This document shows, one piece after another, positions 61,524-64,000 of a stretch of 64,000 nucleotides of DNA. A model generated the notes under the pieces. That model ran no database searches. It saw only the letters and a list, made by a program, of their open reading frames with translations, and was not told where the DNA came from. Every line of letters begins with the position of its first letter. Within the stretch, counting starts at the first letter, position 1. Made by a program: the position numbers and the translations under genes. Origin of the DNA: Puniceicoccaceae bacterium (GTDB lineage Bacteria; Verrucomicrobiota; Verrucomicrobiia; Opitutales; Oceanipulchritudinaceae); NCBI GenBank assembly GCA_040830765.1, contig JBFOMH010000003.1, positions 32,001-96,000 on the forward strand. Reading direction: 5' to 3'.

Positions 61524-61964
61524 TCAGGCAGCATTCTCGCGGTCCTTGGCAACCTTCTTCAGCGTTTCCCGGAAACCGGCCATCAGGACCGCGGAGGAAA
61601 CCCCGATCATCAGCACCCCGTTAATCGACTCCAGGGGCCCCAGCAAGCGGTGCTTCTCCGACATGACAATATCGCCATACCCGAGCGTGGCAAAGTTGAC
61701 CGCTGAATGGTAGATGGCCTCCTGCAAGTGGCTGAATTCCCCAAGGAAGACAAAGAGCAGTGCCCAAATGACAATCTGGCTGACGTTCCCGATTATCAGG
61801 ATGAACATCATTCCCGCGATAATGGAGAATCCGCTCATGTAGGAAATTTCCGGAGCGTTACTTTCGCGCCGGCTGTAGTAGTTGAAGGCCATTACCGCCA
61901 GCAGTCCCTGCAGGAGCAGGCAGATCGCCATGACAGGCAGGCCATACATAAGGTTGATCAACAT
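61524..61964 (-). CDS. Small potassium-channel-family (Ion_trans_2) protein
   Basis: Pore motif YHSAVNFATLGYGD and ESING. Confidence 0.88.
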   Translation of the reverse strand: MLINLMYGLPVMAICLLLQGLLAVMAFNYYSRRESNAPEISYMSGFSIIAGMMFILIIGNVSQIVIWALLFVFLGEFSHLQEAIYHSAVNFATLGYGDIVMSEKHRLLGPLESINGVLMIGVSSAVLMAGFRETLKKVAKDRENAA

Positions 61965-63022
61965 CGGACAGGTTCCTCTGGATGAAATCGGCGTTCAAGG
62001 GAACTAAGATAGCGGCGGCGCAAGAGGTCAAGTGCGATGACGGCCAGCCAGGCATAGACCGTGACGAAAATGAACAATCCCATGCGGACCGCAAAGGCCA
62101 TGTAGACGTCATTCCCGTTGGCCGCGTCCTGAACAGCCGGGCCCAGCAGGATGAGCATCGTCACGGCTGAATTGATCCAGAATGGCGGGGTGAACCGGGT
62201 GGGGACAATGCGGTAGATGCGACTGGCAAGGAATATCCCGAAAAGCAGCATCGTCACGGTAAACATCCAGAGGCTGGTCCACAGGTCGAGCGCGATCCAG
62301 AAAAGAATGGCCAGCAAACCTCCCATAAAGGTTGAGCCCAGCAGTTCCCGCCCGGCAGCGCGGGCGTCGGTGATCGAGCCCTGCTGGCCAAGGGAGACCG
62401 ACTTCATGATCAGTGGGATGTAGAGCGACGGATTCGTCAGCGCGAGAAAGTAGGACGGGAGGACAATCAGGGTGGCCCGCAGGGCAATCCACATCCCGGG
62501 AGTATCCTCATCGGGAGTTGGTCTTGCCGCTGCGCCGCCCGGACCTGACGGCTCGGGAAAGAACAGGTAGACCAGATGATGACTGAGGACAGCCATCAGG
62601 ACCGCCATCACCAAGGCCACGACGATGATCTGGGCCAGGGCGAGACTGGCCAACCCGGCAGCCGTGAGAAGCGTCAACCCGACGGTCAGCAGTGATCCCA
62701 CAGCGCCCTTGCCCTTGTTGACACTGAGGTGGTTGGCAAGGAACACCCCGCCAGCGACAATCAGGAATCCACTGGCTGGAAAATGATCGAGAAGCGGAAC
62801 GACAAGCAGCCCCGCGCCGGTTGCCAGGCACAAGAGGATGAGCAGGCCCAACAGGCCCTTCAGCGGAAGTGGAGGGGCTGGCTTCAGTCCCAGCATGAGA
62901 GCCAGGATGGGAGCAATGTAGGGCAACGGCAACGACAGCCCGTAGGCCCCACCGAGGGAAAGGGCCATTGCCGAGGCAAGGCGGAAAACCCGCCGGGCGC
63001 CGATGGGCATGCCTGTATTCAT
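61958..63022 (-). CDS. DUF2955-type (FUSC-like) inner-membrane protein
   Basis: Multi-TM protein downstream of a HlyD-family gene. Confidence 0.7.
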   Translation of the reverse strand: MNTGMPIGARRVFRLASAMALSLGGAYGLSLPLPYIAPILALMLGLKPAPPLPLKGLLGLLILLCLATGAGLLVVPLLDHFPASGFLIVAGGVFLANHLSVNKGKGAVGSLLTVGLTLLTAAGLASLALAQIIVVALVMAVLMAVLSHHLVYLFFPEPSGPGGAAARPTPDEDTPGMWIALRATLIVLPSYFLALTNPSLYIPLIMKSVSLGQQGSITDARAAGRELLGSTFMGGLLAILFWIALDLWTSLWMFTVTMLLFGIFLASRIYRIVPTRFTPPFWINSAVTMLILLGPAVQDAANGNDVYMAFAVRMGLFIFVTVYAWLAVIALDLLRRRYLSSLERRFHPEEPVRC

Positions 63023-63026
63023 GAAA

Positions 63027-64000
63027 TCAATACGCGTAGGAGAAGAAGCTCAGGACGCGGATATAGAGCTTACCGAGAAAGTTCAGGACCGGCCGTTTCT
63101 TCGGATAGGCGATGACCGTGGCCTGCCCCCCGATCCGGAGCTGCTGCAGGAGTTCCTCATCGGTACGGGGATCAAAGCCGATGACCACGGGAAAGCGCTG
63201 GGCCTGGCGCAGCCAGTCGCGGTTATTACTGATCGACGGCAAGGCCCCGGGCGGTGGCGGATTCCCCGCACTGACCCCGAAACCGATGCTGCGGACGCTT
63301 CCCTTGAAGACCCTGCCCGGCATGGCATCGAAAAGGATTTCCACCGGCGAGCCTTCCTTCAGATGTCCGAGATTGTTCTCGGTGAATTCGGCATTGATCC
63401 AGAGATCATGGATGGAGATAAGGGTCAGTACCGGGCTACCGGTTCCGGCAAACTGGCCGACATCCGCCCGCAGGTCCGTTATCAAGCCGTCGGCTGATGC
63501 CGTTACGGTCGTATCGGCCAGATCGAGCTCGGCCTTCTCCACTGCAGAGGATGCGGCATTGAGAAATGCATTGTTCTGGTCGTCGATCCCTCCCTTTTGT
63601 TCAATCGTCAGGCGGACGTTTGCCCTGGCTGCATCAACCGCTGCGCGGGACTGCTTCAGGGAGGCATAGGACATCTCGAGGCGGCGCATGGAGATGGTCC
63701 CCGGATCATCCTCCCAGAGGCGCTGCTGGCGGTCATAGTCCTTTTCCGCCCGTTCGGCATTGGCCTCGGCGGCCCGGAGATTGGCCCGGGCGGCTTCGAC
63801 AGCTGCGTTACCGGCATCGACCTGACTGCGGGCCTTGTCCAAATCCGACTGCGCCTTGTCAAGGGCGATTCGATAGGCGGAGGGATCAATCTGGAAAAGC
63901 CTTTGCCCCTTTTTCACCTCCTGATTGTTCTCCACCCAGACATCCGTCAGGAGACCTCCCACTTTGGGGGCAACCCCGACGATGTATCCCTGGACACGCG
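63027..64000 (-). CDS. HlyD/EmrA family membrane-fusion protein (5' end outside the window)
   Basis: V.KGQ.LFQIDP, coiled hairpin, ENNL and WLRQAQRFPV motifs. Confidence 0.9.
   Translation of the reverse strand, partial: RVQGYIVGVAPKVGGLLTDVWVENNQEVKKGQRLFQIDPSAYRIALDKAQSDLDKARSQVDAGNAAVEAARANLRAAEANAERAEKDYDRQQRLWEDDPGTISMRRLEMSYASLKQSRAAVDAARANVRLTIEQKGGIDDQNNAFLNAASSAVEKAELDLADTTVTASADGLITDLRADVGQFAGTGSPVLTLISIHDLWINAEFTENNLGHLKEGSPVEILFDAMPGRVFKGSVRSIGFGVSAGNPPPPGALPSISNNRDWLRQAQRFPVVIGFDPRTDEELLQQLRIGGQATVIAYPKKRPVLNFLGKLYIRVLSFFSYAY

Overview
This 64 kb window is GC-rich bacterial chromosome. Gene content, protein styles and the shared C-terminal domains of secreted proteins suggest Verrucomicrobiota, class Opitutia (inference). 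Most of it is housekeeping: pcm, a PLD, hppA, rlmN, metF, xerD, argA, RNase P RNA, a DinG helicase, a SNF2 helicase, two TonB-dependent receptors, a long minus-strand dcw cluster (mraZ to ftsZ), tlyA, nadK and a HlyD/DUF2955/ion-channel trio. The most interesting locus is 5136-11193. There, a 55-aa ORF missing from the ORF track (9426-9593; Sec-type signal peptide plus a Ser/Cys-bearing hydrophobic C-terminus) precedes a stand-alone YcaO-like enzyme and a single-domain receiver. These sit head-to-head with a large periplasmic-sensor hybrid histidine kinase coupled to a LuxR/NarL regulator. This layout suggests a YcaO-modified peptide signalling (quorum-sensing-like) RiPP circuit, which is an inference. 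Secondary observations: the dcw cluster lacks murC/murB, and its MurD, MurE and FtsZ carry active-site substitutions; a small ORF lies between mraZ and rsmH; a hexamer-repeat inverted element sits beside rnpB; and three neighbouring secreted proteins share a C-terminal domain. All calls were made by eye from motifs; no database searches were run.
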